Both the position numbers and the translations under genes were made by a program. This document shows, piece by piece, positions 25,690 to 34,770 of a DNA stretch of 64,000 nt. The DNA is from an uncultured Eubacteriales bacterium (GTDB lineage: Bacteria > Bacillota > Clostridia > Oscillospirales > CAG-272), in the NCBI GenBank assembly GCA_905201895.1, contig CAJKPX010000003.1, positions 19,840-83,839 of the forward strand. Reading direction: 5' to 3'. The notes below the pieces were generated by a model. The model was not told where the DNA came from and made no database searches. It saw nothing but the letters and a program-made list of their open reading frames with translations. Numbering within the stretch: position 1 is the first letter of the stretch; each line of letters starts with the position of its first letter.

Positions 25690-25718
25690 ATTATATCATA
25701 AAACTTTTCAAATTGCAA
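25690..25718 (-). promoter_or_regulatory. promoter TTGCAA-17-TATAAT with TG extension, driving the leader and tRNA-Ser
   Basis: The reverse complement of 25690-25698 is TGATATAAT, and 25713-25718 is TTGCAA. Confidence 0.65.
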
Positions 25719-25801
25719 GCCCTTTTTAGAAAAAAATAAAAAAATTTCAGTAATTTTTGAGTAAAGAGAGAAACAATCGGGGATTTTCTTTATCAAAGCG
25801 C

Positions 25802-25845
25802 AAAAAAACATCCGCAACGCAGAAAAAGCGCGGCGGATGCTTTTT
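25802..25845. terminator. bidirectional rho-independent terminator after the metallophosphoesterase gene
   Basis: CATCCGC (25809-25815) pairs with GCGGATG (25833-25839), flanked by A7 and T5. Confidence 0.7.
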
Positions 25846-25851
25846 GGGGAA

Positions 25852-27024
25852 TCAGTTGTAAACTTGGGTATCGGTGACCTTCTTTTCTACCGAGCAGAGC
25901 TTACCATTCACGTAAAACTCGTTTGCAGGGATGAAATAGCGGCTGGCAACAAGCTCTTTTGTGATGTAAATGTCACGGAAGCCCCAGGAGAAGTTTGCCT
26001 CATTCTGGTCGCCCGAGCTTGCAAAGTTACCGGTTTGTGCCAGTGTCAGTCTTCCGTAGCCGTCCAGATTTTTGATCGACTTCGCATGCGAGTGGCCCGA
26101 GAACAGACCCACGATGCGCTTCTCAGTCTTGAGGAAGGTCTTAAATGCCTCGCTTTCCTTGGTCAGATCAAAGTGATGCGAGATCAGGAAGATTCGATCG
26201 CACTCGGGGTGAGCATCTACCACACCCTGGATAAAATCCATATCAACGGGAGCATAGGGGCTGTCGTTTTTGCCTCCGCCAACGTATGCGGGATCAACCG
26301 CGCCGCTGAAGGAGTCGGGCATGATAAAGAGGTTGGTTCCAAGCACAAAGGATTCGTCACGGTTATTTCCCGTGAGTGATTTCCATTTCTCATTGGTGTA
26401 GAGCTCATGGTTGCCGGGGAGTATGATGATCGGAACGTCCTGAGGCAGCTGTGAAACGTACTTTTTAATGAATATATTGGTATCGCTCACGCCGCTGCGC
26501 TGATAGGTACCGCCTCCGTTCCATCCCCAATAGTCGAGCGACATGTCGCCTGCAATGATGATCAGGTCGAAGGGAGAGCGTGCGTGCTCCTCCAGAATAC
26601 CGTCTACCCACGCTTGGAGACGGGTGTCACGAGAAACCCCATAGTAGCCGCTGCCGAGATTGGTGTAATGCATATCGGACGTTACCAAAATGCGATATTC
26701 ACCTGCAGGACGCGCAGGGGGAGTGGGCTCATCGGTTTCGGTTTCGGTGGTAGCCGACTCTGTGGTTGTATCCTCGGTGGTTTCGTCGGTTGCAGGGTCG
26801 GTTGTTTCTTCGGTTATAGAATCCGTGGTTTCGTCGGTTGCAGAGTCGGTTGTTTCTTCGGTTGTAGAATCCGTGGTTTCGTCGGTTTCGGGATTTGTTG
26901 TGGATTCTTCGGTGTTGGTGGAATCGTCTCCGTCTGAGGGGGCAGGGAGCTCGTTGCATCCGACTGTAAAGAGCATTACAAGCAGGAGCAAAAGGGCTGC
27001 AAGTCTGATTTTCATAGAATTCAT
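25852..27024 (-). CDS. calcineurin-like metallophosphoesterase lipoprotein with a Thr/Asp/Glu-rich repeat linker
   Basis: Lipobox FTVGCN. Motifs are ILVTSDMHYT, IIIAGDMSLDYW, ILPGNHELY, FLISHHFD and LFSGHSHA. Confidence 0.85.
   Translation of the reverse strand: MNSMKIRLAALLLLLVMLFTVGCNELPAPSDGDDSTNTEESTTNPETDETTDSTTEETTDSATDETTDSITEETTDPATDETTEDTTTESATTETETDEPTPPARPAGEYRILVTSDMHYTNLGSGYYGVSRDTRLQAWVDGILEEHARSPFDLIIIAGDMSLDYWGWNGGGTYQRSGVSDTNIFIKKYVSQLPQDVPIIILPGNHELYTNEKWKSLTGNNRDESFVLGTNLFIMPDSFSGAVDPAYVGGGKNDSPYAPVDMDFIQGVVDAHPECDRIFLISHHFDLTKESEAFKTFLKTEKRIVGLFSGHSHAKSIKNLDGYGRLTLAQTGNFASSGDQNEANFSWGFRDIYITKELVASRYFIPANEFYVNGKLCSVEKKVTDTQVYN
26779..26892. repeat. 48-bp tandem repeat, about 2.4 copies, in-frame within the linker
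   Basis: Units at 26779-26826 and 26827-26874 differ at 2 positions, with a partial third unit to 26892. Encodes TDSxTEETTD(S/P)ATDET-type 16-aa repeats. Confidence 0.85.
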
Positions 27025-27224
27025 AGATGAAATCTCCTTTCATATGCCTTATTTTAACATTTTTGGATGAAAAAATCTATTGATTTTTTGCTGTTTTTTT
27101 ATGTTTTTTTGCGATCGAATATTTTAATTGTCTTGTGAACTCCGAAAAAGCTCTTTTACTTTGTCTTTTTTTGCAGAATAAAGTTGATTGTTCATAAAAA
27201 GTTCATACATATCGAGCAGTTTTA

Positions 27225-27233
27225 TGATATAAT
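27225..27233 (+). promoter_or_regulatory. extended -10 (TGATATAAT) upstream of rhaB
   Basis: Motif at 27225-27233, 39 nt before ATG 27272. No good -35. Confidence 0.45.
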
Positions 27234-27271
27234 ATCCCCGTAATTACATGTTCAGATCAACGGAGGCTTCT

Positions 27272-28744
27272 ATGGCAGAAAAAAAGATGCTCGCAATTGA
27301 TCTCGGTGCTTCCAGCGGACGCGGAATCGTTGGTTCCTTCGACGGTGAACGCCTGTCTCTGCGGGAAAATCACCGTTTCTCGAATGATCCCGTGATCACA
27401 AACGGGAGAATGTATTGGGATATTCTCCGTATTTTCCACGAGATTAAGCAATCCATCACCAAAACCGTGCTGAACGGAGACGCGATCAGCTCGATTGGAA
27501 TTGACACATGGGGCGTTGACTATGCCCTGATCGATCGCTTTGGCAAAATGCTCGCCAATCCCACGCATTACCGTGACACGAGAACGGTGGGAATTACCGA
27601 TTACGTTTCCGAGAGACTTCCGCTTGACGATATCTATCGCACCGCAGGAATTCAATGCCTCAATTTCAACACGATCTTTCAGCTTGCCGCTGATCTTCGT
27701 GACGATCCGCAGGTGTTTGACCGTGCAGAACGTTTTTTGAATATCCCTGATCTGCTTAATTATTTTTTAACGGGGCAGATGTGCAACGAATATACCATTC
27801 TTTCAACGGGCGCTCTCCTTGATGCTGAGAAGCGCGATTACGCAGGCGCACTGTTGGATCGCCTTTCCATTCCGCGGCGTTTGTTTGGACCGATCGTACA
27901 GCCGGGGCACCGCGTTGGACGGCTGCTTCCGCAGGTGCTTGAGGAGACGGGCAAGACCGATGCAGAGGTGCTCACGGTTGCTTCTCACGATACGGCAAGT
28001 GCCGTGATCGCAGTTCCAACCACCGAGGAGGATTTCATCTACATCAGTAGCGGAACCTGGTCGCTCATGGGAACCGAGCTCAAATCTCCTTTGATTAACG
28101 CGGAGTCTCAACGCCTCAACCTCACCAACGAGGGCGGTGCGATGGGAACGATCCGTTTTCTGAAAAACATTATGGGTCTGTGGCTCATTCAGGAGTCGCG
28201 CCGACAGTGGAAACGCGAGGGACAAGATTATTCCTTTGCGCAAATGGAAGCGTGGGCGAGAGAGGCAAAGCCGCTGCGCTCGCTGATTGATCCCGATGAT
28301 GCAAGCTTTGCAGCACCCGGAAACATGCCCGAGCGCGTGCGCGAGTTCTGCCGCCGAACAGGGCAGCCGGTACCCGAAACAGTGGGTGAGATTGTTCGTT
28401 GCATCTATGAGAGCCTGGCACTCAAGTATCGCATGACTGCCGAGTCGATCGAATCCCTTATGGGTCGCTCCGCCAAGGTGATCCATGTGGTTGGCGGAGG
28501 CACGAAGGATGGATTCCTCAGCCAGATGACCGCCGATGCATGCGGTATTCCCGTGGCGGCAGGTCCCGAGGAGGCAACCGCGATCGGCAACCTGATGATG
28601 CAGGCAATTGCTGCAGGAGACGTTGCAAACTTAACCGAAGCGCGCATGATTGTTTCGCGCTCCTTTGATCTCAAGCGCTATGAGCCGACTTCCGAGAGAG
28701 CTCTCTGGGATGAGGCGTACGCTCGATTCTGTGCTCTAAACTGA
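27272..28744 (+). CDS. rhaB: rhamnulokinase (FGGY carbohydrate kinase)
   Basis: LAIDLGASSGRGIVG...LRENHRFSN...NGRMYWDI resembles the RhaB N-terminus. ATG 27272 lies 7 nt after GGAGG. Confidence 0.8.
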   Translation: MAEKKMLAIDLGASSGRGIVGSFDGERLSLRENHRFSNDPVITNGRMYWDILRIFHEIKQSITKTVLNGDAISSIGIDTWGVDYALIDRFGKMLANPTHYRDTRTVGITDYVSERLPLDDIYRTAGIQCLNFNTIFQLAADLRDDPQVFDRAERFLNIPDLLNYFLTGQMCNEYTILSTGALLDAEKRDYAGALLDRLSIPRRLFGPIVQPGHRVGRLLPQVLEETGKTDAEVLTVASHDTASAVIAVPTTEEDFIYISSGTWSLMGTELKSPLINAESQRLNLTNEGGAMGTIRFLKNIMGLWLIQESRRQWKREGQDYSFAQMEAWAREAKPLRSLIDPDDASFAAPGNMPERVREFCRRTGQPVPETVGEIVRCIYESLALKYRMTAESIESLMGRSAKVIHVVGGGTKDGFLSQMTADACGIPVAAGPEEATAIGNLMMQAIAAGDVANLTEARMIVSRSFDLKRYEPTSERALWDEAYARFCALN

Positions 28745-28831
28745 CAAAAAATCACCTGTCAGGTCGGCAGAGGTCGCTTTGCCGATAATTGGGGAAAATA
28801 CATGAACAAACAAAAAACTTTGGAGGGTATT

Positions 28832-29986
28832 ATGAAAAACAATCAGAGCGGAGAACTCGTTGTAATCGGCATGAAGGGCTGTGAGCGCTTCACCGAGCAG
28901 GTTGACAACTATCTCAAGGACTGGCGCAGACGTGGCAACGGTGAGGACAAGAGCTTTACCATTATCGCAGATTGCCCCAGATTCGGTTCGGGCGAGGGAA
29001 AGGGCATCCTTCACGATTCGATGAGAGGCAAAGATGTGTACATCATTTGCGATGTCTTCAACTACGGCGTTACCTACAAGATGTACGGTTCTGTTGTTCC
29101 GATGAGTCCCGATGACCACTATGCCGATCTCAAGCGTATTATTGCAGCGATTGGAGGTAAAGCGCGTCGCATCACCGTGATCATGCCGATGCTCTACGAG
29201 GGCCGTCAGCACAAGAGATCGGGACGCGAGTCGCTCGACTGCGCGCTGATGCTGCAGGAGCTCGTTTCGATGGGCGTTTCCAACATTCTCACCTTTGACG
29301 CGCATGACTCGCGTATCTCCAATGCGATCCCGCTTTCGGGCTTTGACAACGTTCAGCCTACCTACCAGATGATTAAGGCAATGGTTCGCGCCATTCCCGA
29401 CGTACAGATCGATAAGGATCACATGGCGATCATTTCTCCCGACGAGGGTGCAATGTCGCGCTGCATGTATTACAGCTCGGTGCTTGGTCTTGATATCGGT
29501 ATGTTCTATAAGAGAAGAAACTACTCGATCGTGGTCAATGGCAGAAATCCCATTGAGGCACACGAATATCTCGGTCAGGACCTCCACGGCAAGGATGCCG
29601 TTGTGGTTGACGATATGATCTCCTCGGGCGAGTCGATGCTCGACGTTTGCAAGCAGCTCAAAGAAAAGGGTGCAAACCGCGTGTTCTGCTTTGCAACCTT
29701 CGGTCTGTTCACCGACGGCTTTGAGAAGTTTGACCAGTGCTTCAAAGAGGGTGTGTTCGATCGCGTGTTCACCACCAACCTTATCTATCGCCGTCCCGAG
29801 CTGCTTCGCAAGCCTTGGTTCGTTGAGGTAAATATGTGCAAGTATGTAGCATATCTCGTTGACACCCTCAACAACGATGCCACGATCAGCTCCTTGCTTA
29901 ATCCCGTGAAGCGTATCCAGTCCCTGATGGACAAGCATCGCAGCGAGCTTGCCGCTCAGATGAAGATCACCTTTGAAGAGGAATAA
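28832..29986 (+). CDS. prs: ribose-phosphate diphosphokinase (long clostridial form)
   Basis: PRPP loop AVVVDDMISSGESMLD, plus DAHDSRISNAIP. ATG 28832 lies 6 nt after GGAGGG. Confidence 0.85.
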   Translation: MKNNQSGELVVIGMKGCERFTEQVDNYLKDWRRRGNGEDKSFTIIADCPRFGSGEGKGILHDSMRGKDVYIICDVFNYGVTYKMYGSVVPMSPDDHYADLKRIIAAIGGKARRITVIMPMLYEGRQHKRSGRESLDCALMLQELVSMGVSNILTFDAHDSRISNAIPLSGFDNVQPTYQMIKAMVRAIPDVQIDKDHMAIISPDEGAMSRCMYYSSVLGLDIGMFYKRRNYSIVVNGRNPIEAHEYLGQDLHGKDAVVVDDMISSGESMLDVCKQLKEKGANRVFCFATFGLFTDGFEKFDQCFKEGVFDRVFTTNLIYRRPELLRKPWFVEVNMCKYVAYLVDTLNNDATISSLLNPVKRIQSLMDKHRSELAAQMKITFEEE

Positions 29987-30009
29987 TTCTCTGATATTTG
30001 TTCATGATT

Positions 30010-30082
30010 CCCCGAAAAATCGGCTTTGGTGGGGCAGTTGACCGTCCAAAGCTCCGATTTTTCGGGGCTTTTTTCTTTTTTT
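30010..30082 (+). terminator. rho-independent terminator of prs
   Basis: CCCCGAAAAATCGG (30010-30023) pairs with CCGATTTTTCGGGG (30054-30067), with an inner CTTTGG/CCAAAG pair and a long T-rich run. Confidence 0.85.
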
Positions 30083-30114
30083 GATGAGTGTGGGATAAAA
30101 TTATTCGATTATCC

Positions 30115-30143
30115 TTGCATTTTTTAATAAAATATGGTAAAAT
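30115..30143 (+). promoter_or_regulatory. promoter TTGCAT-17-TAAAAT with TG extension for the glycan module
   Basis: TTGCAT at 30115-20 and TGGTAAAAT at 30135-43. Predicts a leader of about 100 nt before ATG 30254. Confidence 0.6.
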
Positions 30144-30253
30144 AATCGAATGGGGGAGTTCTGCACGTTCGAGTGTTCTCCCCGATAATCGTTTTGTTTT
30201 TACAATTTCATGAAAGGACGTCCTCCGCCGTTTTTGCGCGGAGCAGGATCGGA

Positions 30254-31735
30254 ATGAACAATTCAAAAAAAGATTACCGTTATCTGCTTTCGGGCTTTGA
30301 TAAGTTCTGTGATTACGGAATCAATTTTTTTGCGGCATTCGTTGCATACGGAATTACAAGGATCATGTATCCCGCTGATTTTCGCATCGGAAACGGCAGG
30401 GCTGTTTTCGTGATCAGTATCCTTTGCTTGATTACCTCCTTTTTCTATCACTACTACAACGTCTATCTTCCCATGAGAACGCGCGGCGTACTCTTTTTCG
30501 TGAGCAGAATTCTGCTTGTCAACACTGAAATCACAGCGTTTTCGGTCTTTTTGATCTATTTGCTCCATCCCAATAACAGCACCGCATATCTTGCTTGGTT
30601 GGTCTCCACGCTAATGGCGAGCTCGCTCCTGATCGTTGCAAAAAAAATCGCCATGATCTCCTTTTTACGCAGTCTGCGTATGAAAAAGCGCAATATCAAG
30701 CACATTTTGCTCGTCACCAACAGCCAAGAAATGGCAGACGCCTACATGGAGGAGATTTTGAACAACCCGCAATTCGGTTACTCTGTGATCGGCTACGTTG
30801 GGAACCTCAACGTGATCGGTCTCCCTCATCTCGGAACCACGGCAGACCTCGACCGCCTGCTCAAGGAGCTGCGCCCCGACGAGGTGGTGCTCGCATTTGA
30901 CACCGTTCGTAAAAAACTGATGACCAAATATATCTCGATCTGTAACAACAATTGCATCAAGATCATGGTTGTGCCCGCGATCTGCGGCTATTTCCGCTCG
31001 CCAAGACAGGTAACAGAGCTTGGAAACATGCCCCTGATCGACATTCGCTCCACGCCGCTCGATAAGGTTTCCAATCAGCTTCTCAAGCGTTTGACCGATA
31101 TCGTCGGCTCGCTGATTCTGATCGTTCTCACCTCACCCTTCATGCTTTTCACTGCGATCGGCGTGCGTCTTTCCTCGCCCGGACCGATCCTGTTCCGCCA
31201 AACGCGCGTAGGGCGAAACAACCGCGAATTCACGATGTATAAATTCCGCTCTATGCGAGTCAACGATTCCGAGCAAACGGGGTGGTCAACCGAAAACGAT
31301 CCCCGTAAGACGAAATTCGGTGCTTTTATCCGTAAATTTGCGCTCGACGAGCTTCCGCAGTTTTTCAACGTGCTCAAGGGAGACATGAGCCTGGTTGGAC
31401 CGCGCCCCGAGGTGCCGTTCTACGTAGAAAAGTTCAAAAAAGAGGTTCCTCTTTATATGCTCAAACACACGCTTCGCCCGGGAATCACGGGATTGGCTCA
31501 AGTCAAGGGTCTGCGCGGCGACACGTCAATTCAGGCACGCATCGACGAGGACATCAACTACATTGAAAACTGGACCTTTTGGGGAGATATCCGCATTCTC
31601 CTGATCACGCCGTTCTGCGCTGTCAACCGACATGAGAAGTATGCCGCGAAGGAGGCGGAGGCAGAACGTCGACAGGCGCATCGTCGCAATGCAGATGAAA
31701 AGCCCGAGGAGGATTCTGATGACCAAGCAGACTGA
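30254..31735 (+). CDS. polyprenyl-phosphate sugar-phosphate transferase (WbaP/EpsL-type initiating enzyme)
   Basis: Four N-terminal TM helices. C-terminal domain has KRLTDIVGSLILIVLTSPFMLF...PGPILFRQTRVGRNNREFTMYKFRSM...DELPQFFNVLKGDMSLVGPRP. Acidic tail. Confidence 0.88.
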   Translation: MNNSKKDYRYLLSGFDKFCDYGINFFAAFVAYGITRIMYPADFRIGNGRAVFVISILCLITSFFYHYYNVYLPMRTRGVLFFVSRILLVNTEITAFSVFLIYLLHPNNSTAYLAWLVSTLMASSLLIVAKKIAMISFLRSLRMKKRNIKHILLVTNSQEMADAYMEEILNNPQFGYSVIGYVGNLNVIGLPHLGTTADLDRLLKELRPDEVVLAFDTVRKKLMTKYISICNNNCIKIMVVPAICGYFRSPRQVTELGNMPLIDIRSTPLDKVSNQLLKRLTDIVGSLILIVLTSPFMLFTAIGVRLSSPGPILFRQTRVGRNNREFTMYKFRSMRVNDSEQTGWSTENDPRKTKFGAFIRKFALDELPQFFNVLKGDMSLVGPRPEVPFYVEKFKKEVPLYMLKHTLRPGITGLAQVKGLRGDTSIQARIDEDINYIENWTFWGDIRILLITPFCAVNRHEKYAAKEAEAERRQAHRRNADEKPEEDSDDQAD

Positions 31736-32822
31736 CTCTAAAAAGATTCTCTATGCTGCTTCGACCGCCTCGCATCTGGAGAATTTTCACAAGCCGTACA
31801 TTGACGCGCTTCGACGTGAGCATACGGTACTCACGATGGCAAACGGCGAGGGCGTTGATCTGCCAATTTCCTTTGCCAAAAGCTTTTTCAGTCTTGCCAA
31901 TTTACGTGCACTGCTTCAGATCCGCCGTATTCTCAAGCGAGAGCGATTTGACGCGCTGATCCTGCACACCTCGCTGGCAGCCTTTCTTGTTCGTGCCGCT
32001 ATGATCGGATGGCGTCGGCGTCCATTCGTGCTCAACGTTGTGCACGGCTATCTGTTCCCAAAGGAAGCAAAAGGAATGCGTAACCGCTTGTTGCTTCTTT
32101 GCGAGCGTCTGATGCGCAAAAAAACAGACGAGATTGCGGTGATGAACCGCGAAGATTTTGAGATCGCAACCGAAAATGTGCTGTGCAAGGGTCGCGTCTT
32201 TTCGATCAACGGCATGGGGATCACGATCCCCGATGGAACGCCCGAAAAGGACCCCTCGATACGTGAGCGCTATGCGATTGACAGGAATGATTTTCTATGT
32301 TGCTTTGTCGGTGAGCTTAGTAAGCGCAAGAATCAGACCCTTCTCCTTTCTGCCGTTTCGCGTTTGTGGTGTCGAGAGGGAATACCGATCCGACTTCTTT
32401 TGATTGGAAACGGAGCAACCCGTGCGGAGCTTGAGACGCAGCTTCAGAATATGGGGCTTGAATCGCGTGTCACGCTTTGCGGTGCGACGCGCGAGGTGCG
32501 TGCCCATCTGTCGGCAGCAGATCTCTATGTTTCCGCCAGCACGTCCGAGGGACTTCCGTTTAATGTAATGGAGGCAATGTCGTGCGGCTTGCCAATCGTT
32601 GCGTCTGACATCAAGGGGCAACGTGATCTTCTGCGTGGCACCGATGCCGCGCTCTATCCGCTCGATGATCTCGATGCGTTTTGTGCAGCGGTGTGCCGTA
32701 TATATGAGTCGCGTTCGTTCGGTGTGGGCGCGGTGTCTTACCCAAACGTTGAAAAATATCGTCTCGGTGCAGTTTTTGAACAAAACCTATGCGAAATGAC
32801 GAGGGGATGGTGCCAAAAATGA
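31719..32822 (+). CDS. GT4-family glycosyltransferase
   Basis: SEGLPFNVMEAMSCGLPIVASD (E-x7-E region). ATG 31719 follows GGAGGA and overlaps the upstream gene by 17 nt. Confidence 0.8.
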   Translation: MTKQTDSKKILYAASTASHLENFHKPYIDALRREHTVLTMANGEGVDLPISFAKSFFSLANLRALLQIRRILKRERFDALILHTSLAAFLVRAAMIGWRRRPFVLNVVHGYLFPKEAKGMRNRLLLLCERLMRKKTDEIAVMNREDFEIATENVLCKGRVFSINGMGITIPDGTPEKDPSIRERYAIDRNDFLCCFVGELSKRKNQTLLLSAVSRLWCREGIPIRLLLIGNGATRAELETQLQNMGLESRVTLCGATREVRAHLSAADLYVSASTSEGLPFNVMEAMSCGLPIVASDIKGQRDLLRGTDAALYPLDDLDAFCAAVCRIYESRSFGVGAVSYPNVEKYRLGAVFEQNLCEMTRGWCQK

Positions 32823-34186
32823 AGCATTTTGTTGACTCGTGCAGGCGTTTTTACGATGGAAGGTATTATCCGCTCCTCGTTGCCATTCTGGCGTTTATCG
32901 GTCACTCCTTTGAGCTGGATATTCTGTTCATCGCGCTCATTCTTCTGTCGCTGATCCCGCCACTCCTTTTATGTAACGATCTTCGATTTGGAATCGCGCC
33001 CTATCTTTGCGTCTATTTTACGATCAGCACGGGTGACTATCAGCCGAGCGACATGGGGATGGCAGAGCGCTTTCTTCGTCCGAGCGTCTTAATTGCAGGA
33101 GCTGTGATCGCGCTTCTTCTTGCGGTATTCTTCGTCCTGTTTGTACGTCGGAACCGTTCCACTCGCAACAGGATCACAAAAAAATCGCTCCTTTGGAGCA
33201 TGGTGATCTTTTGCGGCGTGCTTCTGACCAACGGCGCATTTCATTCCGAATATACCGTTAAAAATCTGCTGTTTGTCGTCACGTTGATCTTTCCACTTTT
33301 GATCGGATATCTGCTATTTGCGCTTTATGTGCGCTTTGACCGTACCGCGGTAGAGTATTTTCTGTACTGCCTGGTGCTTGCAGGTCTGATGATTTCGGCA
33401 GAGCTTCTGTTTGCTTATGCCACCACCGTACGCTTTGAGGCGGGGCAAATCGTGAAGGGAAGCGTGATCCTCGGCTGGGGTGTTTGGACCAACGTTGGCA
33501 GCATGATCGCCATGCTGATGCCCGCATGCTTTTACTTTGCTCATTCGCATAAGCACGGCTGGATCTGCTTTTTGCTCGGTATGGCAGAATTTTTCTGCAT
33601 CGTGCTCTCGCAGAGTCGAGGCGCACTTTTGGTTGGCACGCTGGGCCTTGCGCTTTGTCTGTTGACTCTTTGTATCGGAGGAAAAAATCGACGCCTCAAC
33701 CGTATTCTGACGCTTGTAATTCTGCTTGGAGGCGGCATTTTTCTTGCACTTTTCGCAGAAAAGCTGATTGTACTTGTTCAAAACTTTCTGCAAACGGGCT
33801 TTTCCGACAACGGAAGAATTGAAATCTGGAGGCTTGGTCTCAACAATTTCCTGGAGCGTCCGATCTTCGGATGCGGCTTTTACGATTCCTATGAAAATGC
33901 GGCGTGGGACGTTGGCGTTTATCCGCATCTCTTTCACAACACGCCGATCCAGCTCCTCTCCTCGGCGGGCGTTCTCGGCTTGGCAGCCTACCTTTGGCAC
34001 CGTTTTCGCACGCTGCAGGCAGTTCTGATCAAGCCATCGCATCAAAAGACCTTTCTCGCGATCGGAATTCTCGTATTCCTGCTTTTCAGTCTGATCGACG
34101 TGGTCTTTTTCCTGATCTATCCCACCATGTTTTATTCGCTCATGCTGCTCTTTATCGAGCAGAGTGATTCGTTGATCGAGACTTGA
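32819..34186 (+). CDS. O-antigen ligase/polymerase-like (Wzy_C domain) polytopic membrane protein
   Basis: About 10-12 TM helices and the LSQSRGALLVG loop. ATG 32819 overlaps the upstream stop (ATGA). Confidence 0.75.
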   Translation: MKHFVDSCRRFYDGRYYPLLVAILAFIGHSFELDILFIALILLSLIPPLLLCNDLRFGIAPYLCVYFTISTGDYQPSDMGMAERFLRPSVLIAGAVIALLLAVFFVLFVRRNRSTRNRITKKSLLWSMVIFCGVLLTNGAFHSEYTVKNLLFVVTLIFPLLIGYLLFALYVRFDRTAVEYFLYCLVLAGLMISAELLFAYATTVRFEAGQIVKGSVILGWGVWTNVGSMIAMLMPACFYFAHSHKHGWICFLLGMAEFFCIVLSQSRGALLVGTLGLALCLLTLCIGGKNRRLNRILTLVILLGGGIFLALFAEKLIVLVQNFLQTGFSDNGRIEIWRLGLNNFLERPIFGCGFYDSYENAAWDVGVYPHLFHNTPIQLLSSAGVLGLAAYLWHRFRTLQAVLIKPSHQKTFLAIGILVFLLFSLIDVVFFLIYPTMFYSLMLLFIEQSDSLIET

Positions 34187-34195
34187 TCAAACGAG

Positions 34196-34249
34196 AAATC
34201 GGGTGTGTATCCTGTGCATCGTTGCACGGGATGCGCACCCGATTTTTTT
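34196..34249. terminator. bidirectional rho-independent terminator
   Basis: AAATCGGGTG (34196-34205) pairs with CACCCGATTT (34236-34245), with an inner ATCCTGTGCA/TGCACGGGAT pair and T7. Confidence 0.8.
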
Positions 34250-34653
34250 CAGGAGGTGTAGTCCTGCACCCACGAGATCAGCTCGCGCCAGGATGCAAGC
34301 GGAATTTTGTCTGCCAATGCCTCTCGGTCGGCAGGCGGAAGCGCGTCGGTGTTGATGTCAAGAATTTTGAGCAGGTAGCCGTCCGAGGTATAAATTCCAA
34401 CGTTTCCATTGATTTCGGTCAGATAAAAACCGCTCGCGCCGCTTTCCTCGGGCGTGCCTGCAACGGGAATGGAATTTTCTGTTAGAAATTCGGCAAGGAG
34501 CTCCATTTTCCCAACAAGCTCTGCTGCATCCTCCTGCACCGTGCGACTTTCATCCACGGTGTTGCGCAAAAGAGTCAGCGTGGAAATTGCGAGCGTCAAA
34601 CAAACGATCAGAATAAAGCAGCATAAAATGATCAGAATTTTTGAGGTGTCCAT
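34249..34653 (-). CDS. small membrane-anchored protein (C-terminal half resembles BofC-C-terminal-like domains, from memory)
   Basis: ATG 34653 lies 7 nt after GGAG. TM anchor ILIILCCFILIVCLTLAISTLTLL. C-terminus reads FYLTEINGNVGIYTSDGYLLKILDINTDALPPADREAL...WVQDYTS. Confidence 0.55.
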   Translation of the reverse strand: MDTSKILIILCCFILIVCLTLAISTLTLLRNTVDESRTVQEDAAELVGKMELLAEFLTENSIPVAGTPEESGASGFYLTEINGNVGIYTSDGYLLKILDINTDALPPADREALADKIPLASWRELISWVQDYTS

Positions 34654-34770
34654 GTAATCACTCCGTTCACATTTTCTTGCAGATTTTGCAATCATAGCAT
34701 GTCCTGCTTTGCGGTGTAATATGCGTGTGATTGTGGAATACTGTAAAAAAGTGAAAAAAGGAGAGAAAGC

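Noticed and set aside
28736-29938. 400-aa minus-strand ORF opposite prs
   Set aside because: It is the mirror frame of a well-supported PRPP synthetase gene, with no motifs of its own.
30153-30201. GGGGAG...CTCCCC stem plus U-rich tract in the glycan-module leader, considered as an intrinsic terminator
   Set aside because: It has only 6 bp with a 19-nt loop, and the U-tract starts 7 nt after the stem. It is mentioned under the module finding but not called as a feature.
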